Shown: positions 19,308 to 27,370 of the stretch, one piece after another | Position numbering within the stretch: position 1 is the stretch's first letter | Layout: each line of letters opens with the position of its first letter | Assembly (NCBI GenBank): GCA_964349485.1 | Contig: CAYGGE010000003.1 | Location: 71,899-112,943 of the forward strand | DNA: 41,045 nucleotides | Source: an uncultured Candidatus Saccharibacteria bacterium | Lineage (GTDB): Bacteria; Patescibacteriota; UBA1384; CAYGGE01 | Direction: 5' to 3' | Notes under the pieces: generated by a model | Told to the model about the DNA's origin: nothing | Seen by the model: the letters and a program-made list of their open reading frames with translations, nothing else | Database searches by the model: none | Made by a program: the position numbers and the translations under genes

Positions 19308-19628
19308 TTACTTTTCGTCTGACTTAACTTTGTCCGTTTTGTCGCTTTTCTTCTCTTCTTCGATCACAAATTCCTTGATCTTCTGCCCAGCTTTCAAGGT
19401 GACTAAGGCTTTCTTCCAATCCTTCTGCCTACCTAGCCCAGTCTTACGTCGAACTTCTTTGCCTTTAATGCTCAAGGTTCGAACGTCAGTCACAGTCACG
19501 CCGTAGAGGCTAGCAATCGCTTTGCGGATCTCGGTCGAGGTGGCTGATGCGGCAACACCAAAGCTGTAGACCCCGTTTGTGGCTAAGGCTAAGGATTTTT
19601 CAGTGATGATTGGTCGCTCGATTATCAT
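19308..19628 (-). CDS. rplW: 50S ribosomal protein L23
   Basis: RPIITEKS, WKKALVTL. Confidence 0.96.
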   Translation of the reverse strand: MIIERPIITEKSLALATNGVYSFGVAASATSTEIRKAIASLYGVTVTDVRTLSIKGKEVRRKTGLGRQKDWKKALVTLKAGQKIKEFVIEEEKKSDKTDKVKSDEK

Positions 19629-19637
19629 GGTGTAGCC

Positions 19638-20291
19638 TTAATCCTTACTGGTCTTAGTCGATGTCTTACCCACTCGTGATTCCAGGGCTGATAATGCATC
19701 GGAAGTAATCAAGACAAATTGATTGGAAAGAATATCGTAGACAGTTAAATTTTGGACGGTCGTCACGCTAGCATACGCCAAGTTGGCAGAAGCTTGCAGG
19801 AGATTATCGTCAATCGTTGCGGTGACTAAGAGGATCGATTTGGCCATAGGGTGAATCTTCTGGAGGATGCCATGAATCTCTCGAGTCTTTGGTGCAGTAA
19901 GAGTCAGTGACTCAATGACTTGCAGTTCGTTGGTGGCAATTTTAGCGGTGATAGCCATTGAAAGGGCTAAGCGCTTCATGCGGTCGGGTAGTCGAAGACT
20001 GAAGTTACGATTGTTACGAGGACCGAAAGTGATACCCCCACCAATCCATAAAGGTGAGTTACTGGAGCCAACTCGGGCTCGCCCGGTACCTTTTTGCTTC
20101 CAAGGCTTGCGACCACCACCACGGACTTCACCACGATTTTTGGTGTGGGCGTTAGCAGCGCGTTGGTTGGCAAGGTAGGTAATGACGGCTTGGTGTAGTA
20201 AGGCCTTCTTTGGTTCAACGGTCAGGGTTGCAGGCATTTCGATCTGGCCCTTTTGGCCGCCGTCTGGACTGATAATATTTACTTTAGACAT
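19638..20291 (-). CDS. rplD: 50S ribosomal protein L4
   Basis: TKNRGEVRGGGRKPWKQKGTGRARVGS, GGGITFGPR. Confidence 0.98.
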   Translation of the reverse strand: MSKVNIISPDGGQKGQIEMPATLTVEPKKALLHQAVITYLANQRAANAHTKNRGEVRGGGRKPWKQKGTGRARVGSSNSPLWIGGGITFGPRNNRNFSLRLPDRMKRLALSMAITAKIATNELQVIESLTLTAPKTREIHGILQKIHPMAKSILLVTATIDDNLLQASANLAYASVTTVQNLTVYDILSNQFVLITSDALSALESRVGKTSTKTSKD

Positions 20292-20901
20292 GGTCACGTC
20301 CTCGAATCTCTAACACTGTTCCATTGGAGCCGGGAACGGCGCCCTTGATAAGCAGGATATGTTTATCAGGGTGGACTTCCATTACTTCAAGTTTAGATAC
20401 TGTAATCCGCTGCGAACCCATGTGGCCTGGCATCTTTTTGCCGGCTACGACGCGCTGAGGGAACATTTGACCAATTGAACCAGGTTTTCGATGATGATCT
20501 GAACCGTGGGTTTCTGGTCCTCGGCTAAAACCATGTCGTTTGATAACACCGGCGTAACCCTTACCTTTGGACACGCCCGTAACATCAACAAAATCACCAG
20601 GGGCAAATGCTGTGATATCTACTGTCGAGGTAATTTCTGGTAGATCTCCACTAGCGGCAAATTCAGTGATTTTCGCTACCTTAGTGTCGATACCGACAGC
20701 TTTTAGTTGACCAGCTAATGGTTTGGTGGTCCGTTTTTTCGCTCCAAAACCGAGGACAACCGCTTGGTAACCATCCCTCTCTGGGGTTCGATGACCGATC
20801 ACAAAATTAGGCGTTGCTTCGATGGCCGTAACTGGAACCATCTTGCCGCTGGCGGTAAAGATCTGGGTCATACCGATTTTTTTACCGAGGATTGCTTTCA
20901 T
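20284..20901 (-). CDS. rplC: 50S ribosomal protein L3
   Basis: MKAILGKKIGMTQIF, SKGKGYAGVIKRH, KKMPGHMG, IKGAVPG. Confidence 0.98.
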   Translation of the reverse strand: MKAILGKKIGMTQIFTASGKMVPVTAIEATPNFVIGHRTPERDGYQAVVLGFGAKKRTTKPLAGQLKAVGIDTKVAKITEFAASGDLPEITSTVDITAFAPGDFVDVTGVSKGKGYAGVIKRHGFSRGPETHGSDHHRKPGSIGQMFPQRVVAGKKMPGHMGSQRITVSKLEVMEVHPDKHILLIKGAVPGSNGTVLEIRGRDHV

Positions 20902-20934
20902 TGCCGTATCCTTGCTTAAACTCGTGATCGGGTA

Positions 20935-21070
20935 AATTATTTTATACAGGTATAAATAAAAGCCGGGAAGCTCCTCGCACAAAGCGAAAAGTTATCCTGA
21001 CCTCGATCCTGTCGAAACCAGTATTTTCTCTATCTCGACAACAATACCATAAGGATCAATATTCTGTCAA
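20935..21070 (-). promoter_or_regulatory. Promoter and structured 5' leader of the rplC-led operon
   Basis: TTGACA(21070-21065)-18-TATTGT(21046-21041) with extended TG; leader can form GUCAGGAUAACUUUUCGC-UUUGU-GCGAGGAGCUUCCCGGC hairpin. Confidence 0.6.
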
Positions 21071-21077
21071 CAGGCTT

Positions 21078-21162
21078 TTAGTTGTCTGGTATTCTTGTTG
21101 TCTGGTTTTTTGGTCATGCATGTATAACTAGACAAATAGATAACCAGTAAACTAGAGAACTA
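21078..21162. repeat. Inverted array of degenerate 8-mer repeats
   Basis: TAGTTGT CTGGTATT CTTGTTGT CTGGTTTT ... AACTAGAC AAATAGAT AACCAGTA AACTAGAG AACTA. Confidence 0.8.
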
Positions 21163-21165
21163 CCT

Positions 21166-21255
21166 TGGCGGAGAGGCAGGGATTCGAACCCTGGATACCC
21201 TTACGGGCATAACACGTTAGCAGTGTGCCGCTTTCGACCACTCAGCCACCTCTCC
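21166..21255 (-). tRNA. tRNA-Ser(GCT)
   Basis: GGAGAGG acceptor stem, loop CT-GCT-AA, long variable arm, GTTCGAATC, encoded CCA. Confidence 0.95.
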
Positions 21256-21316
21256 ACTATATAAGCAGTAATCAGGTACATATGGATGGCCTGCCACTTG
21301 AAGCCTTGGCGTAGGG

Positions 21317-21394
21317 TGGCGGACCCGGCCGGATTCGAACCGGTGATCTCCTCCGTGACAGGGAGGCGCTTTAAACCAGCTAAGCTACGGGTCC
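21317..21394 (-). tRNA. tRNA-Asp(GTC)
   Basis: GGACCCG acceptor stem, CCTCC-CTGTCAC-GGAGG arm, GTTCGAATC, CCA. Confidence 0.96.
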
Positions 21395-21441
21395 AATATC
21401 AATTAACAACTAAAAATTAATAATCAATAATTGACCAGCTG

Positions 21442-21470
21442 ATCATATCGAAAAACGATAAACCTGTCAA
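21442..21470 (-). promoter_or_regulatory. Promoter of tRNA-Asp/Ser
   Basis: TTGACA-17-TATGAT. Confidence 0.7.
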
Positions 21471-21504
21471 TTACAATTATTCAATGTATATTATTAATTT
21501 ATCC

Positions 21505-21578
21505 TGGAGCGGGTAACGGGAATCGAACCCGTTTCTCATCCTTGGGAAGGATGCATTCTACCATTGAACCATACCCGC
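21505..21578 (-). tRNA. tRNA-Gly(CCC)
   Basis: GCGGGTA acceptor stem, CATCC-TTCCCAA-GGATG arm, GTTCGATTC, CCA; promoter TTGCCT-17-TAAGAT at 21619-21591. Confidence 0.96.
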
Positions 21579-21648
21579 TAATTAAGGCTGATCTTATCAA
21601 AACCACCTGCTACAGGCAAGTGCTAAACTTTCTTGCTATAATAAGAAC

Positions 21649-22104
21649 ATGACTAATGAATTTCGACTGGCAACAGCAATCTTCTATGTCTCAGCATCGA
21701 TCTTGCTGATCCTCGTAGCAGTGATATATTTTATACGTTCGGTGTTAGTCGATAACGAACTTCGATTTGGCGACTGTCGGTTGGACACTGAAGTAGCTAT
21801 GACAGATACAGAGCGAGCTACTGGTCTAGCTAACCGTCCAGTTATCGCATCAGACTTTGCTATGCTTTTTCCGTTCAATGACGAAAAACCATTGTTTTGG
21901 ATGAAAGGCATGCTTGTACCGATCGATATTGTCTGGGTCGACGGTCGTGAGGTGGTGAAGATTGACGCTAGTCTACCGGCAGACGACGGAGCAGCCCATT
22001 ATTATCCACCACAGTCGATTGACTGGGTAGTTGAGGTCGCAGCAGGTCGGGCGGCCGAATGTGGCGTGAAAATCGGATCCAAACTCTACGGTCTTAGTTA
22101 TTGA
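21649..22104 (+). CDS. DUF192 family membrane-anchored protein
   Basis: EVA.T..ER..GL..R, MLF.F, FWMKGM.VPIDIVW, VVEV.AG motifs; N-terminal TM. Confidence 0.85.
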   Translation: MTNEFRLATAIFYVSASILLILVAVIYFIRSVLVDNELRFGDCRLDTEVAMTDTERATGLANRPVIASDFAMLFPFNDEKPLFWMKGMLVPIDIVWVDGREVVKIDASLPADDGAAHYYPPQSIDWVVEVAAGRAAECGVKIGSKLYGLSY

Positions 22105-22140
22105 AATAGGAGCTCGGCTATGGTTTACTTAGGCGCGTGG

Positions 22141-22215
22141 GCCGCCTTAGCTCAGCGGTAGAGCGGCGCTTTCGTAAAGCGTAGGTCCGGGGTTCAAATC
22201 CCCGAGGCGGCTCCA
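22141..22215 (+). tRNA. tRNA-Thr(CGT)
   Basis: GCCGCCT/AGGCGGC acceptor stem, GCGCT-TTCGTAA-AGCGT arm, GTTCAAATC, CCA. Confidence 0.95.
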
Positions 22216-22234
22216 ATAATAATTCAATTGTCAT

Positions 22235-22510
22235 ATGATTTATTATATCTTTCGTTCTCCCTATCGGTTGGCCATAGCTGGACTGGTTGTCCTCGTCGCA
22301 GCGCTCTGGTTTGCTTGGTATCGAACAGATCAAATCATGAGTGTCAGTCCGCTACTCTACGTAACTCTACTCATCTTCATTAACCTCATTTTGGCCTACT
22401 TTTCCTCGAGTCGTATAGTAGACATTACACGTTATCTTTTCTGGTTTAGCTACCTAGCTTTGATACTCGTCGCCTATAATTTGTACGTCTTGACTCGAGG
22501 TATTATATGA
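22235..22510 (+). CDS. Small hypothetical membrane protein (3 TM)
   Basis: 91 aa hydrophobic ORF; ATGA overlap with the downstream GT2. Confidence 0.7.
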   Translation: MIYYIFRSPYRLAIAGLVVLVAALWFAWYRTDQIMSVSPLLYVTLLIFINLILAYFSSSRIVDITRYLFWFSYLALILVAYNLYVLTRGII

Positions 22511-24030
22511 AAAGTAGGCTGACCCTCCGACGCTTTCTAGAAATCATCCCTGGATTTCTAGCCTGGAGTGCACTAGTCCTGCCAATTGCCCTCTCCAATC
22601 AATTACCCGAGGCGGTCGTAGTCTTTGTGATCTTGTTCGATCTCTATTGGGTCTACAAAGCAATTATCATGACTGCTCATCTCCTTGTGGGCTTTCGTCG
22701 ACATAAACAAGCGATGGCGGTCCACTGGCTATCCAAAGCGAAACGCGAGCAGAACTTTAACAAAACCTATCATGCTGTAATCGTTGCCACCTACAAAGAA
22801 GCTCTTCCAGTGCTCGAAACGACGTTTCAGGCGTTAATTGATTCAGATTATCCTCTCAAAAATCTGATCGTCGTTTTGGCCACAGAAGAGCGTGATCAGG
22901 AATCAGCAACGAGCAATGCCAAATCTCTAGAGCAGACCTTTGGACGGCGGTTTGGTCATTTCCTGGTGACAAAACACCCCGCGAATTTGCCTAACGAAGT
23001 GAAGGGAAAGGGTGGCAATATTACCTGGGCTGCTCGTGAACTTCAAGAAAAGTTGGATGATTGGTCTATCTCCTATGAAGATGTCATCGTGACCACCCTA
23101 GATGCCGATAATCGGGTTGATCGACAATACTTTGCTGAGCTGACTTATCGATTTCTGAATCATCCGGCTCCCGAACACGTCAGTTTCCAGCCGATTCCGA
23201 TGTATTTCAACAACATTTGGGAAGCCCCTTTGCTTAGCCGATTACTGGCTCATGGCACCATGTTCTGGGTGTTAATTGAGTCGAGTCGGCCGTGGCGATT
23301 ACGCAACTTCTCTGCCCACAGCCAGAGCATGAAGGCCCTAGTGAAAATTGACTATTGGGCAACCGATACCATCGTTGAAGACGGCCATCAGTTCTGGCGG
23401 AGCTACTTCGCTTATGATGGCGAATATTGGGTGGAGCCGCTATTTGTACCGATCTACCAAGATGCGGTGGTTGCTGGCTCACTTTGGCAGAGCGCTCGTG
23501 AGCTCTATTTGCAGCGCAGGCGCTGGACCTGGGGTATCTCCGACTTTCCATATGCGATCGAAAATTGTATTAAAAATACCTCGGCTCCATTTTTCGACAA
23601 ATGGCTTAAAGCCTTACGTCTGTTCGAAGCACACTTCACCTGGTCAACCCAGTCACTCTATATTATGGTGGCTGGCTGGGTACCAATTATTCTCAATGAT
23701 ACGTTCAACGACACTGTTCTCGCCTACAACTTCCCAATCGTCGCTTCACGCTTGCTTACCCTCGCCATGGTCGGCATGATCACGAACCTGACAATCGGTA
23801 CGTTACTCATGCCCCAGATCGAAGACAAACGACGCCGATCCAGGTTACTAGCCCTAGAATGGATCCTCATGCCAATCATCTCGCCGCTTTACAGCGTCAT
23901 CTTTGGTGCCATCCCTGCTCTCGATTCTCAAACTCGACTCATGTTCGGCATCCACCCCAAAGAGTTCCGGGTCACCACTAAACTCCGCAACGTCGACGGC
24001 CAATCCTTACCCGAGACTATTGAAGCCTAA
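22507..24030 (+). CDS. Membrane-embedded GT2 glycosyltransferase (processive, cellulose-synthase-like)
   Basis: KGKGGN, LDAD, VED, QRRRW (QxxRW) motifs with N- and C-terminal TMs. Confidence 0.88.
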   Translation: MKSRLTLRRFLEIIPGFLAWSALVLPIALSNQLPEAVVVFVILFDLYWVYKAIIMTAHLLVGFRRHKQAMAVHWLSKAKREQNFNKTYHAVIVATYKEALPVLETTFQALIDSDYPLKNLIVVLATEERDQESATSNAKSLEQTFGRRFGHFLVTKHPANLPNEVKGKGGNITWAARELQEKLDDWSISYEDVIVTTLDADNRVDRQYFAELTYRFLNHPAPEHVSFQPIPMYFNNIWEAPLLSRLLAHGTMFWVLIESSRPWRLRNFSAHSQSMKALVKIDYWATDTIVEDGHQFWRSYFAYDGEYWVEPLFVPIYQDAVVAGSLWQSARELYLQRRRWTWGISDFPYAIENCIKNTSAPFFDKWLKALRLFEAHFTWSTQSLYIMVAGWVPIILNDTFNDTVLAYNFPIVASRLLTLAMVGMITNLTIGTLLMPQIEDKRRRSRLLALEWILMPIISPLYSVIFGAIPALDSQTRLMFGIHPKEFRVTTKLRNVDGQSLPETIEA

Positions 24031-24124
24031 AGAAGAAATATCCTTTCATATCAATAATATGCTTCGAGCTTTACTTCGAGTTCATGAGAAGAAGCCGAGA
24101 AGCACCTTACCCTCTAAATACGCC

Positions 24125-24156
24125 AACAGCCCGCCGGTAACTCCGCGCGGGCTGTT
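24125..24156. terminator. GC-rich hairpin between convergent GT2 and DHDPS-like genes
   Basis: AACAGCCCGC-CGGTAACTCCGC-GCGGGCTGTT. Confidence 0.65.
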
Positions 24157-24191
24157 CGTTTCATTACCTCCTTTTGTGTGCTTCTTTCAGT

Positions 24192-25115
24192 CTAGTCTTG
24201 CAACAGGGCAAGATAGCTGACTATCTCGTCGGCGATCGCCTTTTCGGCACTGCTGAGTCGCTCGTAGGGTTCAGGCAAAGAACCGTCACCGTAACCGAGA
24301 AGGTGCAGTGACCAGGCGATGAGCTCGCTCTCCTTCTGGACATTGGTGCCGTCAAGTAGCCTTTCGAGAGCAAGCAACTCATCGTCCGGAACATGCTTGA
24401 GTCGCTCAGTGCCGAAGTAGTTACGGCACTTTTCCCAGTACTCGGACCAGATCGCGGGGAAGACATTGGCCGTGGACACGACCACGCCGTCGATCCGTCT
24501 TTCGAACGTGCCTCGCTTGCAACCCTGCCTAGCGAGCACCTGGTTGGCGGCTAGAACGCTGAAGTGTCCGTCGGTTTGAGCCGCCCGAATATTGAGGAGC
24601 TGTGCAAGATGGAGACTGTCATCACCACTGTACTTGATGCCCACGCAGTTCGGGTGCGCGGCCATCTCCTCCACAACAGACAGCTCGAGCTGCTTGCCCA
24701 CCCGACCCGGAAGGTCGTACAAGACAAGCGGTCCGATATCTGCCAACGCGGTGAAGTGTTGAACTGCTGCACTTGTCGAGAGAGGCGTGTAGTAGAGCGG
24801 AAGGGTTGAAACTACCGCGTGAACTCCTTGACCGAAGTAGATCTTGGCCTTCATCTTAGATCGTTCGGTACTGAAGTCGCTTACGTTGGCGAGGACGGTC
24901 GTGTGCTTATCCCACACGCCCATCCTCACGCACCGTAGCGCATCTCCATCTGACAGTGCTAGCCCTCGGCCGACAGAGCTGTTGAAAAACATCGTATTCA
25001 CGCCGTTGGCCCGAAGACGATCGAGGTAGATGGGGATCTGTGCGAAGTTTGGGTATCCTCGCATGTAAGGCAACAAAAGGGGCACCACCACCCCTTCGAT
25101 TTCGATTTGTGCCAT
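24192..25115 (-). CDS. Dihydrodipicolinate synthase/N-acetylneuraminate lyase family protein (divergent)
   Basis: [30 protein letters not shown] (Schiff-base Lys), [18 protein letters not shown] before MAQIE; promoter TTGATC-17-TAAACT at 25189-25161. Confidence 0.8.
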   Translation of the reverse strand: MAQIEIEGVVVPLLLPYMRGYPNFAQIPIYLDRLRANGVNTMFFNSSVGRGLALSDGDALRCVRMGVWDKHTTVLANVSDFSTERSKMKAKIYFGQGVHAVVSTLPLYYTPLSTSAAVQHFTALADIGPLVLYDLPGRVGKQLELSVVEEMAAHPNCVGIKYSGDDSLHLAQLLNIRAAQTDGHFSVLAANQVLARQGCKRGTFERRIDGVVVSTANVFPAIWSEYWEKCRNYFGTERLKHVPDDELLALERLLDGTNVQKESELIAWSLHLLGYGDGSLPEPYERLSSAEKAIADEIVSYLALLQD

Positions 25116-25346
25116 TTGTTCTCTCCGGCCCACCGGGGCCTGACCGTTCCAGATAGCGCGAGTTTAGCAGATAAGCCAGCCAAGATCAAGCTTTTTAACC
25201 AGAACCCAAACCTGTTTACATCCCAAACAATATATACTATACTGCGCCTACGTTTGCCCTTTTCTAAAAAAATGGGCGACGAGTACCAACCGCGGTCGTT
25301 GTTTGACCGCTTCACATCCCGTAACTCGGGAGAAAGGAACGCTGAC

Positions 25347-26345
25347 ATGCCACGGCCTGTCACGTTATTCACCGGCCAATGGGCCGACTTGCCCTTCCAG
25401 TCTATGTGCATCAAGGCGAATGACTTCGGGTACGATGGACTGGAGTTGGCCTGCTGGGGTGATCATTTCGACGTTCGTGCTGCTCTCCGAGATCGCAACT
25501 ACTGTGCCGACCGTCAAGCGATGCTCGCCATGCACGAACTTGACTGCTACGCGATCTCGAACCATCTGGTCGGACAGGCCGTCTGCGATAAGATCGATGC
25601 TCGACACCAGGCGATCTTGCCTCCTCACGTGTGGGGGGACGGGAATCCGGCAGACGTGCAGAAACGGGCGGCTGAAGAGATGGTCCTGACCGCCCAAGCG
25701 GCGGCACGGCTCGGTGTCAAGGTGGTGAATGGCTTCACCGGCTCGTCCATCTGGCACCTCCTGTATTCGTTCCCGCCGGTGAGCCCGGCGATGATCGAGC
25801 AGGGTTACCAGGACTTTGCCGACCGTTGGAACCCGATCCTCGACGAGTTCGACAAGGTTGGCGTGAAGTTCGCGCTCGAGGTGCACCCCACCGAAATCGC
25901 ATTCGACATCGCCTCCGCCCAGCGGGCGCTAGATGCACTCAACGGTCGGCTGGCCTTCGGGTTCAACTATGACCCGAGCCACCTGGGTTACCAGAACGTC
26001 GACTACGTCGAGTTCGTGGACAAGTTCGCCGACCGGATCTACCACGTGCACATGAAGGACGTATGGTGGAGCTCTATTCCGACCGAGGCGGGCGTGTTCG
26101 GCGGTCATACGGAGTTCGGCGATCGGCGTCGGTCGTGGGACTTCCGCAGTATCGGGCGTGGTTGCATTCGATTCGAGGAGATCATCCGGGCCTTGAACCG
26201 CGCCAACTACCAGGGCCCGCTCTCGGTCGAGTGGGAGGACATGGGCATGGACCGCGAACACGGTGCTACGGAGGCCTGCAGCCGGGTGCGAAGTTACGAC
26301 TTCAAGCCTAGCGGGCGCGCGTTCGACGCCGCCTTCTCCGAGTAA
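25347..26345 (+). CDS. Sugar phosphate isomerase/epimerase (xylose-isomerase-like TIM barrel, IolE/AP-endonuclease-2 family)
   Basis: [42 protein letters not shown] metal ligands; AAAGGA SD; promoter TTTACA-17-TATACT at 25215-25243. Confidence 0.9.
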   Translation: MPRPVTLFTGQWADLPFQSMCIKANDFGYDGLELACWGDHFDVRAALRDRNYCADRQAMLAMHELDCYAISNHLVGQAVCDKIDARHQAILPPHVWGDGNPADVQKRAAEEMVLTAQAAARLGVKVVNGFTGSSIWHLLYSFPPVSPAMIEQGYQDFADRWNPILDEFDKVGVKFALEVHPTEIAFDIASAQRALDALNGRLAFGFNYDPSHLGYQNVDYVEFVDKFADRIYHVHMKDVWWSSIPTEAGVFGGHTEFGDRRRSWDFRSIGRGCIRFEEIIRALNRANYQGPLSVEWEDMGMDREHGATEACSRVRSYDFKPSGRAFDAAFSE

Positions 26346-26382
26346 TCCGTCGGCCCGCGAGCCGACAAATGGACAGATACTT

Positions 26383-26423
26383 GCCGCTGGCTGGGGGTTC
26401 CCCTGGCCAGCGGTCCTGTTTTT
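26383..26423 (+). terminator. Intrinsic terminator
   Basis: GCCGCTGGCTGGGG-GTT-CCCCTGGCCAGCGGT followed by CCTGTTTTT. Confidence 0.7.
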
Positions 26424-26454
26424 AAACCAGTAAAGTATATGCTAAAATGAACTT

Positions 26455-27231
26455 ATGAATATATACCTCAGCAAATTAGCTGGTTATCAACTGCTCGCTT
26501 TAGCGGCTGGTCTAGCTGCTTTGGTTTTGATTGTTCTCTATGTGATCATCGAGAATAAACCGCGTCAGATTATTTTGGGTCGTGGCGGTGAGCAGCGATT
26601 AGTGCCAAACACGAAAGACTATGTTGGTCGATTAGTGGGCGGATTTAGTATCTGTTCATTAGCGATTCTTGCGAACCATTGGTCAGTATATATTTTAGCG
26701 GTAATCGTTATCGCGACACTTGTTACTGAAACGGATTTTCTGGTGCGAATCGTTGCGCTTATCTGGGACAGGAAAGAGTACTGGGAGTATGAAAAAACGA
26801 TAATAACTAATCAACAGGAAGCGTCGCCCGACAACCCTAAGCTTGAGAAAATTGCTGATAAAATCAACCAGGATCCGAACGGTCTGACTGATCTCCTTAG
26901 TAAGAAGGAGATGGATCCGAACCGTGCTCTAGTAAATTATCACTTTGAGCGCGTCTACCGACAGATTTTTGGTAGCCAGCTAATTATCCTAAAGACTCTC
27001 ATGGAAAATAAATCTCCGGAGCTGCTCAGTTTAGCCGAGTCTGTTTACAAAGGCACTTCGTGGTATCCAAACTATCCGTTTGACCAATACCTCAGCTTTC
27101 TCGAAGACGCCTTCTTGATTGAGAAACGACTCATCGGCGAGACAGAGATGATAGTCCTCCTCCCCATGGGCCAAGCCTTCCTCGACTACCTCAACGAAAA
27201 CAAAATCCCCCTCGAAAAACAACCTTTCTAA
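26455..27231 (+). CDS. Hypothetical membrane protein with C-terminal soluble helical domain
   Basis: 258 aa ORF, 3 TM segments; TGcTAAAAT 6 nt before ATG. Confidence 0.75.
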   Translation: MNIYLSKLAGYQLLALAAGLAALVLIVLYVIIENKPRQIILGRGGEQRLVPNTKDYVGRLVGGFSICSLAILANHWSVYILAVIVIATLVTETDFLVRIVALIWDRKEYWEYEKTIITNQQEASPDNPKLEKIADKINQDPNGLTDLLSKKEMDPNRALVNYHFERVYRQIFGSQLIILKTLMENKSPELLSLAESVYKGTSWYPNYPFDQYLSFLEDAFLIEKRLIGETEMIVLLPMGQAFLDYLNENKIPLEKQPF

Positions 27232-27236
27232 CACGG

Positions 27237-27339
27237 TTGTCATCCTCAACTGGAAGCGTCAGCACTCCAGATTGGGGATCCCGAACCTAGCGAGATTCCC
27301 GATCCTGTATCGCTGCGGCGAACCGGTCGGGAATGACAA
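27237..27339. repeat. REP/dRS3-like palindromic miniature element
   Basis: Terminal IR TTGTCAT...ATGACAA; internal arms ATCCTCAA..TTGGGGAT and ATTCCCGATC..GGTCGGGAAT. Confidence 0.7.
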
Positions 27340-27370
27340 TGATTAGTTACCTTGCAGGGTTATTCCTTCG

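Noticed and set aside
5568..21162. Short intergenic repeats as a CRISPR array
   Set aside because: Units are 7-8 nt, contiguous and inverted, with no unique spacers and no cas genes in the window.
22118..22333. 71-aa minus ORF
   Set aside because: Antisense to tRNA-Thr and the small membrane gene.
24998..25414. 138-aa minus ORF and the 80-aa extension of the isomerase ORF from 25107
   Set aside because: They span the divergent promoter region and overlap real genes; the family N-terminus [12 protein letters not shown] with an SD starts at 25347.
24192..27339. Prophage or integrative element at the tRNA cluster or GC-rich insert
   Set aside because: No integrase, transposase, phage genes or duplicated tRNA 3' end seen.
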